From Bacilli bacterium (GTDB taxonomy: Bacteria > Bacillota_I > Bacilli_A > ML615J-28 > CAG-698): DNA of 64,000 nucleotides. Under the pieces are notes generated by a model that saw nothing but the letters and a program-made list of their open reading frames with translations, was not told the DNA's origin and did no database searches. The stretch is taken from contig JBFXJT010000007.1 of NCBI GenBank assembly GCA_050174575.1, positions 6,648 to 70,647 on the forward strand, given 5' to 3'. A program made the translations under genes and the position numbers. Shown in pieces: positions 53,626 through 62,806 of the stretch (position 1 is its first letter; each line of letters starts with the position of its first letter).

Positions 53626-55254
53626 TTAAATCGTCAATTGTCGGCGGAACATTGGGATCGTGATAGTTAGATTGATTCCTAAAATGACAAGGAGTGCCAA
53701 TAATCCACCAACAGTTAAAGCTAAAAATAAGGAATAGAGAATCGGTACTAATAATAGCACATTCCAGATGATGTTCTGACTTAAAATCAGGCACCTAATA
53801 ATTTTATTTTTCATAAAGGTTTCACTTAACAAAGAAATTGTTCCCCAAAAAGCTGGAATAAAAAAGAGAAATGATGCTCCACTTAAAACAAAACCAGTCA
53901 AAAGTGCTAATAATAAATTTAAGAAAACACCTGCTAGCCCAAATGACCACTTTGTTTCTTCTTTTTTTATGGTTGAATAATAAATAAAGCCAAGACCAAC
54001 AACGATAACTAAGATGATAATTAACGTCGGTAACTCTGTATTATCCATTCGAACATAGGTTAATGACCAAGGAACTTTCCCGAAAAACGCCATTATTTTG
54101 CTGATTACAAAACCAATGAAGCCTAATACAGCAAGCAAACCAACATCAATCCCTAAATATTTGATAAAGGACAAAATCGTTATTTTCTTTTTTAAGATAA
54201 GGTATATAAATAATCCAATAAAGATAACTAATAAAATGATGTGTAGAACAACAGCAAAATTCTCTTTATATGTTACTAAAACATTAGGAAGTAATGTGAA
54301 AAAGATTTGATCTTGCTCACCAACAAAGTAATTGAGATCTTGATATTTATCATTACTTGTAAATTCATCAATCAATGGGACAATTTGTGATCCATAGTGT
54401 TGAATACTACTCAAATTAATGTTTGTATAGTTATCAAGTGGTGTGTGGTAATAGTATAAATTATCTAAGACAGCAAAATTGATACCTGTTTTGCCAATTT
54501 TCAAAAATTCCGTAAAATCCGTATAATTGGGCATGACGGAATAAACGGCAGTTGCTAAACTATATGATACGGGCAAATCGGCATGCTTATAAAAATCGAT
54601 AACTTTTTCGTTATTAGGACTAGTCTCAAACATATAGCTTGGGCCTTTGATTCCCCTTGCTTCCACATTAATCACAAAACTTATTTTATCCATGAGATTT
54701 GCATCTAATACAGCTTGTTTTGCGCCAAGTAAACCAACTTCTTCCGCATCAGTAAGCAAAAAATATAAACTTGTTTTTAAATTTTTGCCAGCATAAAGTC
54801 TTGCTATTTCTAACATTGTTCCAATGGCATAGCCATCATCTGCTGCTCCATATGAACGACCTAATTCTCCATAACGGCCAATATGGCCACGTGAATCATA
54901 ATGACCAACCAATAATAACCCTGTTTCACTTTCTCCAGGAATGGATCCAATAAGATTTTTAACAGGGTAATCTTCATTAACCGCTTCAGCAGTATAATTC
55001 ATTTCATAGACATTTGCTAATCCTAAGAGAGCTTCTAGTTCTTGTTTAAGGTATTTTCTGACTTCTTCATGTGCTTCTTCGTCAAAGACGGAATGGGGTT
55101 CCCGAGAAATCACTTCAATTGTTTGTGCAACATTGACGGCACTGAATTCTTGAACATCTCCACCGGCAATTGGTTGGGGAGTATACAAAACAAAGAAACT
55201 CAAGATTAAGCTAAATAGTAAAACTAATAAAACAACAATAAAACGATGACGCAT
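53626..55254 (-). CDS. M28 family metallopeptidase fused to a polytopic C-terminal membrane domain
   Basis: 542 aa. N-terminal anchor. M28 motifs LLVGHYDSRGH, GAADDGYAIGTMLE, LLTDAEEVGLLGA and INVEARG, followed by about 7-8 hydrophobic helices. Confidence 0.8.
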   Translation of the reverse strand: MRHRFIVVLLVLLFSLILSFFVLYTPQPIAGGDVQEFSAVNVAQTIEVISREPHSVFDEEAHEEVRKYLKQELEALLGLANVYEMNYTAEAVNEDYPVKNLIGSIPGESETGLLLVGHYDSRGHIGRYGELGRSYGAADDGYAIGTMLEIARLYAGKNLKTSLYFLLTDAEEVGLLGAKQAVLDANLMDKISFVINVEARGIKGPSYMFETSPNNEKVIDFYKHADLPVSYSLATAVYSVMPNYTDFTEFLKIGKTGINFAVLDNLYYYHTPLDNYTNINLSSIQHYGSQIVPLIDEFTSNDKYQDLNYFVGEQDQIFFTLLPNVLVTYKENFAVVLHIILLVIFIGLFIYLILKKKITILSFIKYLGIDVGLLAVLGFIGFVISKIMAFFGKVPWSLTYVRMDNTELPTLIIILVIVVGLGFIYYSTIKKEETKWSFGLAGVFLNLLLALLTGFVLSGASFLFFIPAFWGTISLLSETFMKNKIIRCLILSQNIIWNVLLLVPILYSLFLALTVGGLLALLVILGINLTITIPMFRRQLTI

Positions 55255-55331
55255 TTAATAACTCCTTAATTTACTTTGATAATCAAAGTATTCTGCTCAT
55301 AATAATAACATAATTAAAAATCAAAAGCAAC

Positions 55332-55360
55332 AAAAAAGTAGGGAAGCTAGTTTCCCTACT
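55332..55360 (-). terminator. intrinsic terminator after the DUF1801 gene
   Basis: Minus strand reads AGTAGGGAA-ACTAGC-TTCCCTACT followed by TTTTTTG. It overlaps the stop codon. Confidence 0.7.
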
Positions 55361-55730
55361 TATTGTAATGGTTATTTTCTTCATCAACCCGGTACTTAAC
55401 AATGGATTTGATTAATTCATGAGGAAGAGGTTCATTTAAAGGAAATTGAATGGAACCTTTCCCAAAATGGTATCTTTTTAACTCTTCTTTAAAATGCTCA
55501 ATCCCACTACTTCCAGGATAAAACCCAATATGATGAGGAAAAGCTGCAAAATGAACGAGGTTGTGATGCAAAAATAGTGTTGGCATCTGATAGCTGATTT
55601 TTTCATAAGCTTCTTGAGCATTTTCATGGATGATTCTTCTTAATTCTTGTAACTTTGTTTGAACTTCTTGAGGAAATTTTTCAATGTATTGATCGACTAA
55701 AAAACTATATTTTGGATGATTGGAAATCAT
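55356..55730 (-). CDS. DUF1801 (YdhG-like) domain protein
   Basis: 124 aa. ...ISYQMPTLFLHHNLVHFAAFPHHIGFYP..GKGSIQFPL... is typical of DUF1801. ATGA overlap with the peroxidase gene. Confidence 0.6.
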   Translation of the reverse strand: MISNHPKYSFLVDQYIEKFPQEVQTKLQELRRIIHENAQEAYEKISYQMPTLFLHHNLVHFAAFPHHIGFYPGSSGIEHFKEELKRYHFGKGSIQFPLNEPLPHELIKSIVKYRVDEENNHYNK

Positions 55731-56200
55731 AATAATTTTATTATATGGCTTTCCATTTTTTCAGGAGTATCTGTCGGTGCAAATCTTTTCACAACTTCAC
55801 CTTGGCGGTTAATAAGGAATTTTGTGAAATTCCATTTGATGCTTTCGCCAAAAAAGCCTTTTTTCTCTTTCTTTAAGAAACTATATAGCGGTGCTTCATT
55901 GGGACCGTTGACCTCAATTTTCGCAAACAATGGAAAAGTTGTGTGATATTTCAAAGTACAAAACTCATGGATTTCTTCGATTGTCCCTGGTGCTTGATTT
56001 CCAAATTGGTTACAAGGAAAATCTAAAATTTCCAACCCTTGAATTTGATATTTCTGATATAATTTTTCCAATCCTTCATATTGTGGAGTAAATCCACATC
56101 CAGTTGCTGTATTAACGATTAATAATACGTGATTTTGATACTTCGATAAACTAATTTCATTTCCCGAAGAATCTTTAACTTTTAAATCATATATTGTCAT
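55727..56200 (-). CDS. glutathione peroxidase family protein
   Basis: 157 aa. Active-site motif VNTATGCGFTPQY, ...FPCNQFGNQAPG... and ...KWNFTKFLI.... Confidence 0.9.
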   Translation of the reverse strand: MTIYDLKVKDSSGNEISLSKYQNHVLLIVNTATGCGFTPQYEGLEKLYQKYQIQGLEILDFPCNQFGNQAPGTIEEIHEFCTLKYHTTFPLFAKIEVNGPNEAPLYSFLKKEKKGFFGESIKWNFTKFLINRQGEVVKRFAPTDTPEKMESHIIKLL

Positions 56201-56322
56201 AATGTTCTCCTATCTTTTTTATTATATCTTATTTTAAAAATTTAAATAACAATTTGATAAATTATTTTTTTGCCATTGCTTTCTTTGTTTTAATTAGTAT
56301 AATTAACTTTGAGGAAATTGCT

Positions 56323-57015
56323 ATGATAATAAATTTTATGACTTTTAATATCCAACATTGTAAAAACTACATGACGAAAGAAATCGATATTGACATCATG
56401 GTGAAAACCATTAAAGACTGCCATGGTGACATAATTGGACTAAACGAAGTTTTTGGAGCATCAGAAACAGAACCATCACAAGCCGAAATGATTGCAAAAG
56501 CCCTTGGTTATCATTATTATTTTGGGCAAGCTATCTTATACCATGGCAGGCCGTATGGCAACGCCATTATTTCAAAATATCCCATCACCAAAGTCGAAAC
56601 AATCATGATTCCCGATCCAATTAAAAATGATATTGAATTTTTTGAATCACGTTGTTTTATAAAAGCTCTTTTCCATAGTTTAAATTTTACTCTATTTACA
56701 AGTCATTTCGGACTTGCAAAGGGTGAAAAAATTAATGCCGTGAATACATTATTATTACTAATGAAAAATGAAACTAATCCTCTTGTTTTTATGGGAGATT
56801 TAAATATGGAACCAAATGATGCCATATTACAACCTCTATTTTCACATTTAGTAAATACTTTACCGAGCAATGAACCAACTTTTCCTTCTATAAATCCAAA
56901 TAAAAAGATTGATTATATTTTTGTTTCCAAAGAAATAGATGTATTAAAGGCCACGATCCCCAACATTGTTGCTTCCGATCATTTTCCTCTTTTAGCAATG
57001 TTAAAGATAAAATAA
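56323..57015 (+). CDS. endonuclease/exonuclease/phosphatase (EEP) family protein
   Basis: Start moved to ATG 56323 (MIINFMTFNIQHC), 6 nt after GAGGAA. EEP motifs LNEV, GDLNMEP and SDHFPL. Confidence 0.75.
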   Translation: MIINFMTFNIQHCKNYMTKEIDIDIMVKTIKDCHGDIIGLNEVFGASETEPSQAEMIAKALGYHYYFGQAILYHGRPYGNAIISKYPITKVETIMIPDPIKNDIEFFESRCFIKALFHSLNFTLFTSHFGLAKGEKINAVNTLLLLMKNETNPLVFMGDLNMEPNDAILQPLFSHLVNTLPSNEPTFPSINPNKKIDYIFVSKEIDVLKATIPNIVASDHFPLLAMLKIK

Positions 57016-57030
57016 TCCCTATAAGGGATT
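57014..57030. terminator. short hairpin shared by convergent gene ends
   Basis: AATCCCT-ATA-AGGGATT overlaps both stop codons. The 3-nt loop makes it marginal. Confidence 0.4.
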
Positions 57031-58156
57031 ATTTATTTTCTAGGGTGCTTGCTAAATCGAAAGTTGCCTTCTGTAAATAAACTTGAGCATTAGTGATTGC
57101 ATCTTCAATCGACTGGCTATAATCTGTTAATGCAATAATTTTTGTTAATCCTTTAGGAATGAGGGCTTTTTGTAGGTTTTCTGTTTGGCCAACAATAGCA
57201 TATAAAGGAATTTGAGCCGATTGAGCGTATTGTGAAATGCCATCAATGACTTTCCCCGTCATACTTTGGGAATCGAATCTTCCTTCCCCAGTTATAATCA
57301 TATCAGCATTTTGAATGATATTTTGAAATTTGATTAATTCTAAAAAAGTATTGATGCCTGATTTGATTTCTGAATTAAGGAATAATTTTGCACTAACAGT
57401 CATTCCTCCAGCTGCTCCAGCTCCAACAAAATTGGCATTAAACTGGAATTTTTTATATAACAAATCAGCCAGTTTCTTCATGCTTTCATCAAGTTTTATG
57501 ATATCTATTTCACTAGCACCTTTTTGTTTGGCATAGACAAAAGCTGCTCCGTTTGGTCCGTAAAGAGGATTCCTTACATCACATAATGTAGTGAATTTTG
57601 TTTTTAAAATTTGGGGATCAACTTTATCAATAAAAATATCGGTAATATCACCCAATGTTTCTCCGACAGGAAGAAAGGTGGTGTTATTTTGATCAACAAA
57701 CAAAACACCCAGACTATTGGCCATTCCCACGCCCATATCATTTGTAGCACTTCCGCCTAAACCCAGGATTATTTTTTTTGCTCCCCTTGCCACTGCATCT
57801 TTGATAATTTCCCCAACCCCATAAGTCGTTGTTAGGCAGGGGTTCTTTTTGTTCTTGACAAGCAACAACCCAGCACTAGCTGCCATTTCTACAATGGCTG
57901 TTTGCTCATCAATCATTCCATAAAAACCATCGATTTCTTCCATGTAAGGGCCTTTTGTTTTTAGAGTGATCTTTTCACCACCAACAGCAGCCAAATAACT
58001 GTCCACAAAACCATCTCCACCATCGGAAACAGGTATTTGAACAATCTTGGCATCAGGAAAAATTTCGTTTAGCGTTTTTCCAATAATAGTGGCGACCTCT
58101 TTACTTGTTAAGCATCCTTTATAAGAATCAGGTATTACAACAATTTTTTTAACCAT
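57029..58156 (-). CDS. glycerate kinase
   Basis: 375 aa. IVVIPDSYKGCLTS, ...GGSATNDMGVGM... and ...IITGEGRFDSQS... are typical of the GlxK/GarK family. Confidence 0.9.
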   Translation of the reverse strand: MVKKIVVIPDSYKGCLTSKEVATIIGKTLNEIFPDAKIVQIPVSDGGDGFVDSYLAAVGGEKITLKTKGPYMEEIDGFYGMIDEQTAIVEMAASAGLLLVKNKKNPCLTTTYGVGEIIKDAVARGAKKIILGLGGSATNDMGVGMANSLGVLFVDQNNTTFLPVGETLGDITDIFIDKVDPQILKTKFTTLCDVRNPLYGPNGAAFVYAKQKGASEIDIIKLDESMKKLADLLYKKFQFNANFVGAGAAGGMTVSAKLFLNSEIKSGINTFLELIKFQNIIQNADMIITGEGRFDSQSMTGKVIDGISQYAQSAQIPLYAIVGQTENLQKALIPKGLTKIIALTDYSQSIEDAITNAQVYLQKATFDLASTLENK

Positions 58157-59411
58157 TGTTCCGTTCCTTAAAATCGGTCATAAAAACATTGTTACCAAGG
58201 CTTGGCATCTTTTTTTGCCATAATTTAGGTAAATAACGATAGTCTTGTTTAATAATATCGATTTCCTTTTTAAAACTATCAACAAAAGCTTGCTCGATAT
58301 TTGAGCACTTGCTTGCAAAGGCCACCAATTGATCTTTTGTCGGCTCTTTCGCAAATAAAGCTTCTTCTTCTTTAATAAATTGTTCTTGAATGTCATGCGC
58401 TTTTTGGAGGTATTGATCCTTTGCAATCAGTCTTCCAAAAATAGCTCTTGCTAATAATTCTCTTTCTAACCAATATTGATAACTGCTTTCTTTATCAACA
58501 AAAACAGGTGGAACATTGATTCCTAAAAAACAAGGTTTATAAATTGATAGGCAAGGAGAACTAGCTCCCGTTAGCCAAATGGTTGGAAGATGCTTGTGAA
58601 AATGAACAATCATGCTTGATGTTGTATGATCACCTAATAAACTTTGGTGCATGCAGACACTTCGAATGCTTCCTTTAGTAAATAAACGTTTTTCATCTTT
58701 TGGATGATGCGATGTTAAAATACCCATAATGTCTCTCAGGTCATTCGCTTGTTTCAGGCTTTCATAAACCGTTTTTTGACGGGTTTTTGCTTGAGAAAAA
58801 TAAGTTACAACTGGTTCCGTGTTTTGCTTTCTAAAATTTGAATATGTTTTGGACCCTTTTATATAATCCTTTTCAATTGTTAAGCGGTTACTAATATTCC
58901 CACTATCGGTTATTTCTTTTAAAACCCAATTTTTTACTACTGTTTCTAAAATATAGGAGTTTTCTCCATCTGTAATTAAATAAGAATTATCGTAATAAAA
59001 ATGTTTATCAAAACCACAGTTTCCGCCTTGACCATACTCATCAAGATAGTGAATAATAGTATCGACGGCCTCTTTCGCATTACTACTTTGCTCTAACCCT
59101 AGCCGTAGCAAATCCATTCCAAGCAGATGTTCGTCCTTTTTATTAGATGATTTTGTGAAGGTGGCTTCGTTCCCGATAACAACACCACAATCATTGATTC
59201 CCATTTCCCCGCCCCATATCCAACTCGGTTGGATTAAAAGTAGACTATGGATGCTGTTGGCATTCCCAATGGAAATGTATGTGCCTTTTTCGTTTATTTT
59301 CCTTTCATATTGTGGATAATATAAACACAAATTTGGTTCATTGGCACTTCGATCGCTATTTTTCCCAAAAAAAGCAGTTGTTTTAGTTTTTTTAAATAAT
59401 GTATCACACAT
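58149..59411 (-). CDS. Ntn-hydrolase, C69/secernin-like peptidase family
   Basis: Start moved to ATG 59411 after AAGGAG, giving N-terminal MCDTLF...FGKNSDRSANEPN (Cys2 nucleophile pattern). 420 aa. Overlaps the glycerate kinase start by 8 nt. Confidence 0.6.
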   Translation of the reverse strand: MCDTLFKKTKTTAFFGKNSDRSANEPNLCLYYPQYERKINEKGTYISIGNANSIHSLLLIQPSWIWGGEMGINDCGVVIGNEATFTKSSNKKDEHLLGMDLLRLGLEQSSNAKEAVDTIIHYLDEYGQGGNCGFDKHFYYDNSYLITDGENSYILETVVKNWVLKEITDSGNISNRLTIEKDYIKGSKTYSNFRKQNTEPVVTYFSQAKTRQKTVYESLKQANDLRDIMGILTSHHPKDEKRLFTKGSIRSVCMHQSLLGDHTTSSMIVHFHKHLPTIWLTGASSPCLSIYKPCFLGINVPPVFVDKESSYQYWLERELLARAIFGRLIAKDQYLQKAHDIQEQFIKEEEALFAKEPTKDQLVAFASKCSNIEQAFVDSFKKEIDIIKQDYRYLPKLWQKKMPSLGNNVFMTDFKERNNG

Positions 59412-59467
59412 GTTTTTCTCCTTACTTAATAATAAAATTAAGTGAAAACACAATCGATATAATTTTA

Positions 59468-59938
59468 TTAGTTATTAATATATAATTTTAAAATCTCTTC
59501 ATCATCGTCTTTTTCGTTTGTATCAATAAATCCATATTTTATGTAAAATTGATAAGGTTGTTCTCCGATCATCTCACAAGATGCATAAAGTGTTTTGATG
59601 TGTTCTTCTTTACATTTTTGGACAATTAAATCTAGGACTTGCTTGCCATAGCCTTTTTGCTGATATTGGCCCCCAATCATAAAACGCCAAAGATAATAGG
59701 CTGGCTGATCCTGTTTAATGGCATCTGGTTCATCAAGGGAAATCATGACAAATCCAATGGGTTGATCATCTAAATAAATGGCTCTAGGCCACGCTTTTAA
59801 AGGATTAACATATGCTTCCGCAATCGAAAAAACATTGGGAGCAACACAGCGCTTTTGGTAATCACTTAGTGTATTTGATAGGGATACTACTTCTCTTAAG
59901 TTGTCTTCGTTAATTATTTCTAAGGATATTTTGCCCAT
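59468..59938 (-). CDS. GNAT family N-acetyltransferase
   Basis: 156 aa. Acetyl-CoA motif QQKGYGKQVLDLI. Confidence 0.8.
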   Translation of the reverse strand: MGKISLEIINEDNLREVVSLSNTLSDYQKRCVAPNVFSIAEAYVNPLKAWPRAIYLDDQPIGFVMISLDEPDAIKQDQPAYYLWRFMIGGQYQQKGYGKQVLDLIVQKCKEEHIKTLYASCEMIGEQPYQFYIKYGFIDTNEKDDDEEILKLYINN

Positions 59939-60057
59939 ATTATTCTCCGTTTTAAAATCATTACACGGATTTCATCCGATGTTATTTTAGCAAAATTACA
60001 AGAATTTGTAAATTGATATTTTATAACTGGTTAATAATGCTAATAATTTTTATGGAA

Positions 60058-60088
60058 CAAAAAAACCAATCAAAATCTATTGATTGGT
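60058..60088 (-). terminator. intrinsic terminator after the AraC-family gene
   Basis: Minus strand reads ACCAATCAA-TAGATT-TTGATTGGT followed by TTTTTTTG. Confidence 0.7.
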
Positions 60089-60096
60089 AGTAAATA

Positions 60097-60987
60097 CTAT
60101 TTTTTTCTTACGGGAATCCAAATACCGCTTTCGTAATTGGCTTCTTGGGTTTTGTCACTGCTATACCATTCGATATTAGCACCTAAAGCTATTTCATAAT
60201 CGGGATTATTCGGTAACCATTCTTGGAATATTTTTGCATTAACCGCTTGAATTGCCCCTGGCATTGGTCCAACTACTTTAAACTTAGCCCACTCAACATC
60301 TTCAAAAGTGAATACCGTAAGTTCTTTCGGAGTTTCTTTGCCACGATAGAGGCCTGCAATGAGATATCGAAATGATGTAGGATCATCCTTAATCTCAATA
60401 CAAACACCAAATTCACCAATACAATTATCAATTACCACTTTTTGAAGAGTCGCAAACGAAGCTTCTTTTTTAAAAGGTTTTGCACAATACATTTGACGAA
60501 AGGTATCCCAAAACTTGGGAATTTCCTGATGGGCAGTATCAAATTTAAATATTTTTTCAAACCCAACAACAGTAAAACTTTCCATTTTTTCAACAATAAA
60601 ATCCATTTCTTCTCCTCCTTGAATTTCAATTCTTATTTTTAAAGGTAAGAAAACTTTTATTTTGTTAGCATCCGTCTTTACTTGATGCGGAGTGTAATTA
60701 TGGAACCTAGAAAAAGCTTTTGTGAAACTCTCCGGTGTTTCATAACCATACTTATAAGCAATATCAATTATCTTATCATTTCCATTGCAAATATCAAGTG
60801 CTGCTAAATAAAGTCGTCGATTTCTAATGTAATCTGATATTGAATACCCTGTCATTATCCTAAATCCTTTTTGTAAATAAAAAGAAGATACACAAACATT
60901 GTTTGCTACATCCTCGGCGCCAATAAAGTTGTGCAAGTTTGTTTCAATGTATTCTAAACTCTTCTTAATACAAGTCATCCACTCCAA
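60097..60987 (-). CDS. AraC family transcriptional regulator with GyrI-like effector-binding domain
   Basis: 296 aa. N-terminal AraC HTH (..VCVSSFYLQKGFRIMTGYSISDYIRNRRL.., YGYETPESFTKAFSRFH). C-terminal GyrI-like half. TTG start lies 8 nt after AAGGAGG. Confidence 0.85.
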   Translation of the reverse strand: MEWMTCIKKSLEYIETNLHNFIGAEDVANNVCVSSFYLQKGFRIMTGYSISDYIRNRRLYLAALDICNGNDKIIDIAYKYGYETPESFTKAFSRFHNYTPHQVKTDANKIKVFLPLKIRIEIQGGEEMDFIVEKMESFTVVGFEKIFKFDTAHQEIPKFWDTFRQMYCAKPFKKEASFATLQKVVIDNCIGEFGVCIEIKDDPTSFRYLIAGLYRGKETPKELTVFTFEDVEWAKFKVVGPMPGAIQAVNAKIFQEWLPNNPDYEIALGANIEWYSSDKTQEANYESGIWIPVRKK

Positions 60988-61201
60988 GTCATTGTCCTCC
61001 TTACCTTTGTATTCATTATATTCTTCTTTGGCAATTTTATCTTGTCATAATTTGCTTTGTTTTGTCCGACATAATGTTATTTATAACTAATACTATAGAT
61101 TAAATAAAACATTAAAAAAGTGTAACATAATTTTAAAAAAAGTAGTCGCTATCAAAAACAATATTGTCTACTTTTTCTATCAATTTTTACATTTTAAAAT
61201 A

Positions 61202-61292
61202 TGGCGGAGGAAAGGGGATTTGAACCCCTGCGCCAGGTTAATGGCCTACTAGCTTTCCAAGCCAGCCCCTTCAGCCACTTGGGTACTCCTCC
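61202..61292 (-). tRNA. tRNA-Ser (anticodon GGA)
   Basis: 91 nt. GGAGGAG acceptor, anticodon stem-loop CTGGC-TTGGAAA-GCTAG, long variable arm, T-arm AGGGGTTCAAATCCCCT, encoded CCA. Confidence 0.9.
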
Positions 61293-61296
61293 AAAT

Positions 61297-61319
61297 AAAG
61301 TATCACAAAGTGATACTTT
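61297..61319 (-). terminator. hairpin between the ZIP gene and tRNA-Ser(GGA)
   Basis: AAAGTATCAC-TTT-GTGATACTTT forms a 10-bp stem followed only by ATTT. It may be a weak terminator or a processing structure. Confidence 0.35.
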
Positions 61320-62113
61320 TATAAAGCTCCATCAATAATCATCATTAATAAAAAACCAGCAATAAAGGACAAAGTTCCCAAATGCGAATGAGCATCAAGT
61401 TGTGCTTCAGGAATTAATTCTTCCACAACTACATAAATCATTGCACCAGCAGCAAATCCCAAAAACCATGGCATTATGGAAACCATTTGACTTGCCATCA
61501 ATAACCCCAGCGCTGCAAAAACTGGTTCTACAAAACCACTTAATGAACCAAAAAAGAATGATTTCTTTTTAGAAAGTTTATAATCCCTTAATGGAAGCGA
61601 TATTGCTGCTCCTTCAGGGAAGTTTTGAATACCAATACCAATAGCTATACCCAAGGCAGAACCTAATAAAACAGGATCATTTAGTTTTAAAGCATAACCA
61701 AAAGCTAAACCAACTGCCAAGCCTTCAGGAGCGTTGTGTAAAGCAACTGCTAAGATGAGCATTGTTGTTCGTTTGAATTTTGATCTTAAGCCTTCAGGTT
61801 GATCTTCATGAAGATGTAAATGCGGTAACAAATGGTCAACTAACAATAAGAAAATAACTCCAGCTAAAAACCCTATTGTTGGTGGAATCCAACTGGCTAG
61901 TCCACCATTAGATGAATCTTCCATTGCAGGAATCAATAATGACCAAACGGCTGCTGCAATCATAACTCCAGCTGCAAAACCTAAAAAAATTTGATTGAAG
62001 GAAACAGATAATTGTTTTTTTACAAAAAATACTAATCCTGCTCCTAAAGTTGTCATTATAAAAATAAAGGCAATACCAAAAATTGCGATTACTTCAGGTG
62101 AAAATCCGAACAT
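61319..62113 (-). CDS. ZIP family divalent metal transporter
   Basis: 264 aa with about 8 TM helices. Motifs HNAPEGLAVG and QNFPEGAAIS. Confidence 0.85.
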   Translation of the reverse strand: MFGFSPEVIAIFGIAFIFIMTTLGAGLVFFVKKQLSVSFNQIFLGFAAGVMIAAAVWSLLIPAMEDSSNGGLASWIPPTIGFLAGVIFLLLVDHLLPHLHLHEDQPEGLRSKFKRTTMLILAVALHNAPEGLAVGLAFGYALKLNDPVLLGSALGIAIGIGIQNFPEGAAISLPLRDYKLSKKKSFFFGSLSGFVEPVFAALGLLMASQMVSIMPWFLGFAAGAMIYVVVEELIPEAQLDAHSHLGTLSFIAGFLLMMIIDGAL

Positions 62114-62114
62114 A

Positions 62115-62651
62115 TTATCTTCCTTTCAGAAATTTCTTCTTATAAACAGTCATTGATTTTTTAATTATATCAGTGGCCTTTTCTTTTCCATATACTTCAA
62201 ATCCCGTTGTCTCACGATGCTCCAGGTTTTTATAAACCATGAAGAAATGTTTAATTTCATCGGTAATATGTGGTGGTAATTCCTCTAAATTATGATAGTA
62301 ATTCCAAGTAGGGTCTTTAAAAGGAATTGCAATTATTTTATCATCAGTTTCTTCGTTATCAAGCATTCTAACAACACCGATTGGATAACACCTTACCATA
62401 CTCATTGGTTCTAATTCTTCACTGCAAAGAACTAAAACATCAAGTGGATCGTGGTCTTCCGCATATGTTCTTGGAATAAATCCATAATTGGCTGGATAGT
62501 GGGTTGAAGTGTAAAGAATACGATCAAGAATAATCAAACCGGTTTCTTTATCCATTTCATATTTCTTTTTGCTTCCTTTTGATATTTCAATCACCGCAAT
62601 AAAGTCTTCGATTTGAATTCGATCTGCACTAATATCATGCCAAATATTCAT
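62115..62651 (-). CDS. ppa: inorganic pyrophosphatase (family I)
   Basis: 178 aa. ...YPANYGFIPRTYAEDHDPLDVLVL.... Confidence 0.9.
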   Translation of the reverse strand: MNIWHDISADRIQIEDFIAVIEISKGSKKKYEMDKETGLIILDRILYTSTHYPANYGFIPRTYAEDHDPLDVLVLCSEELEPMSMVRCYPIGVVRMLDNEETDDKIIAIPFKDPTWNYYHNLEELPPHITDEIKHFFMVYKNLEHRETTGFEVYGKEKATDIIKKSMTVYKKKFLKGR

Positions 62652-62728
62652 TTTATTCCCCCTTATAATGATTAATTTCCATATAATATTCTACTATAAA
62701 ATGATTCATTTTCCAAGTAATTTCGGTA

Positions 62729-62766
62729 AAAAGAAAAAGATACTTTTACAAGTATTAAAAGTATCT
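62729..62766 (-). terminator. intrinsic terminator after the MFS gene
   Basis: Minus strand reads AGATACTTTT-AATACTTGT-AAAAGTATCT followed by TTTTCTTTTT. Confidence 0.7.
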
Positions 62767-62806
62767 TCTGAAGATTATAATTTATTATTAAAAGCATTCA
62801 TTAAAT

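Noticed and set aside
53579-53794. 71-aa minus-strand ORF overlapping the end of the M28 gene
   Set aside because: It is an alternative frame of the M28 C-terminal TM region and the uvdE promoter, with no independent support.
61130-61201. Possible terminator downstream of tRNA-Ser(GGA) (AAAAAGTAG ... CTACTTTTTTTT)
   Set aside because: The stem is mostly A-U pairs with a loop of about 24 nt. It is too weak to call with confidence, although the T8 run is suggestive.
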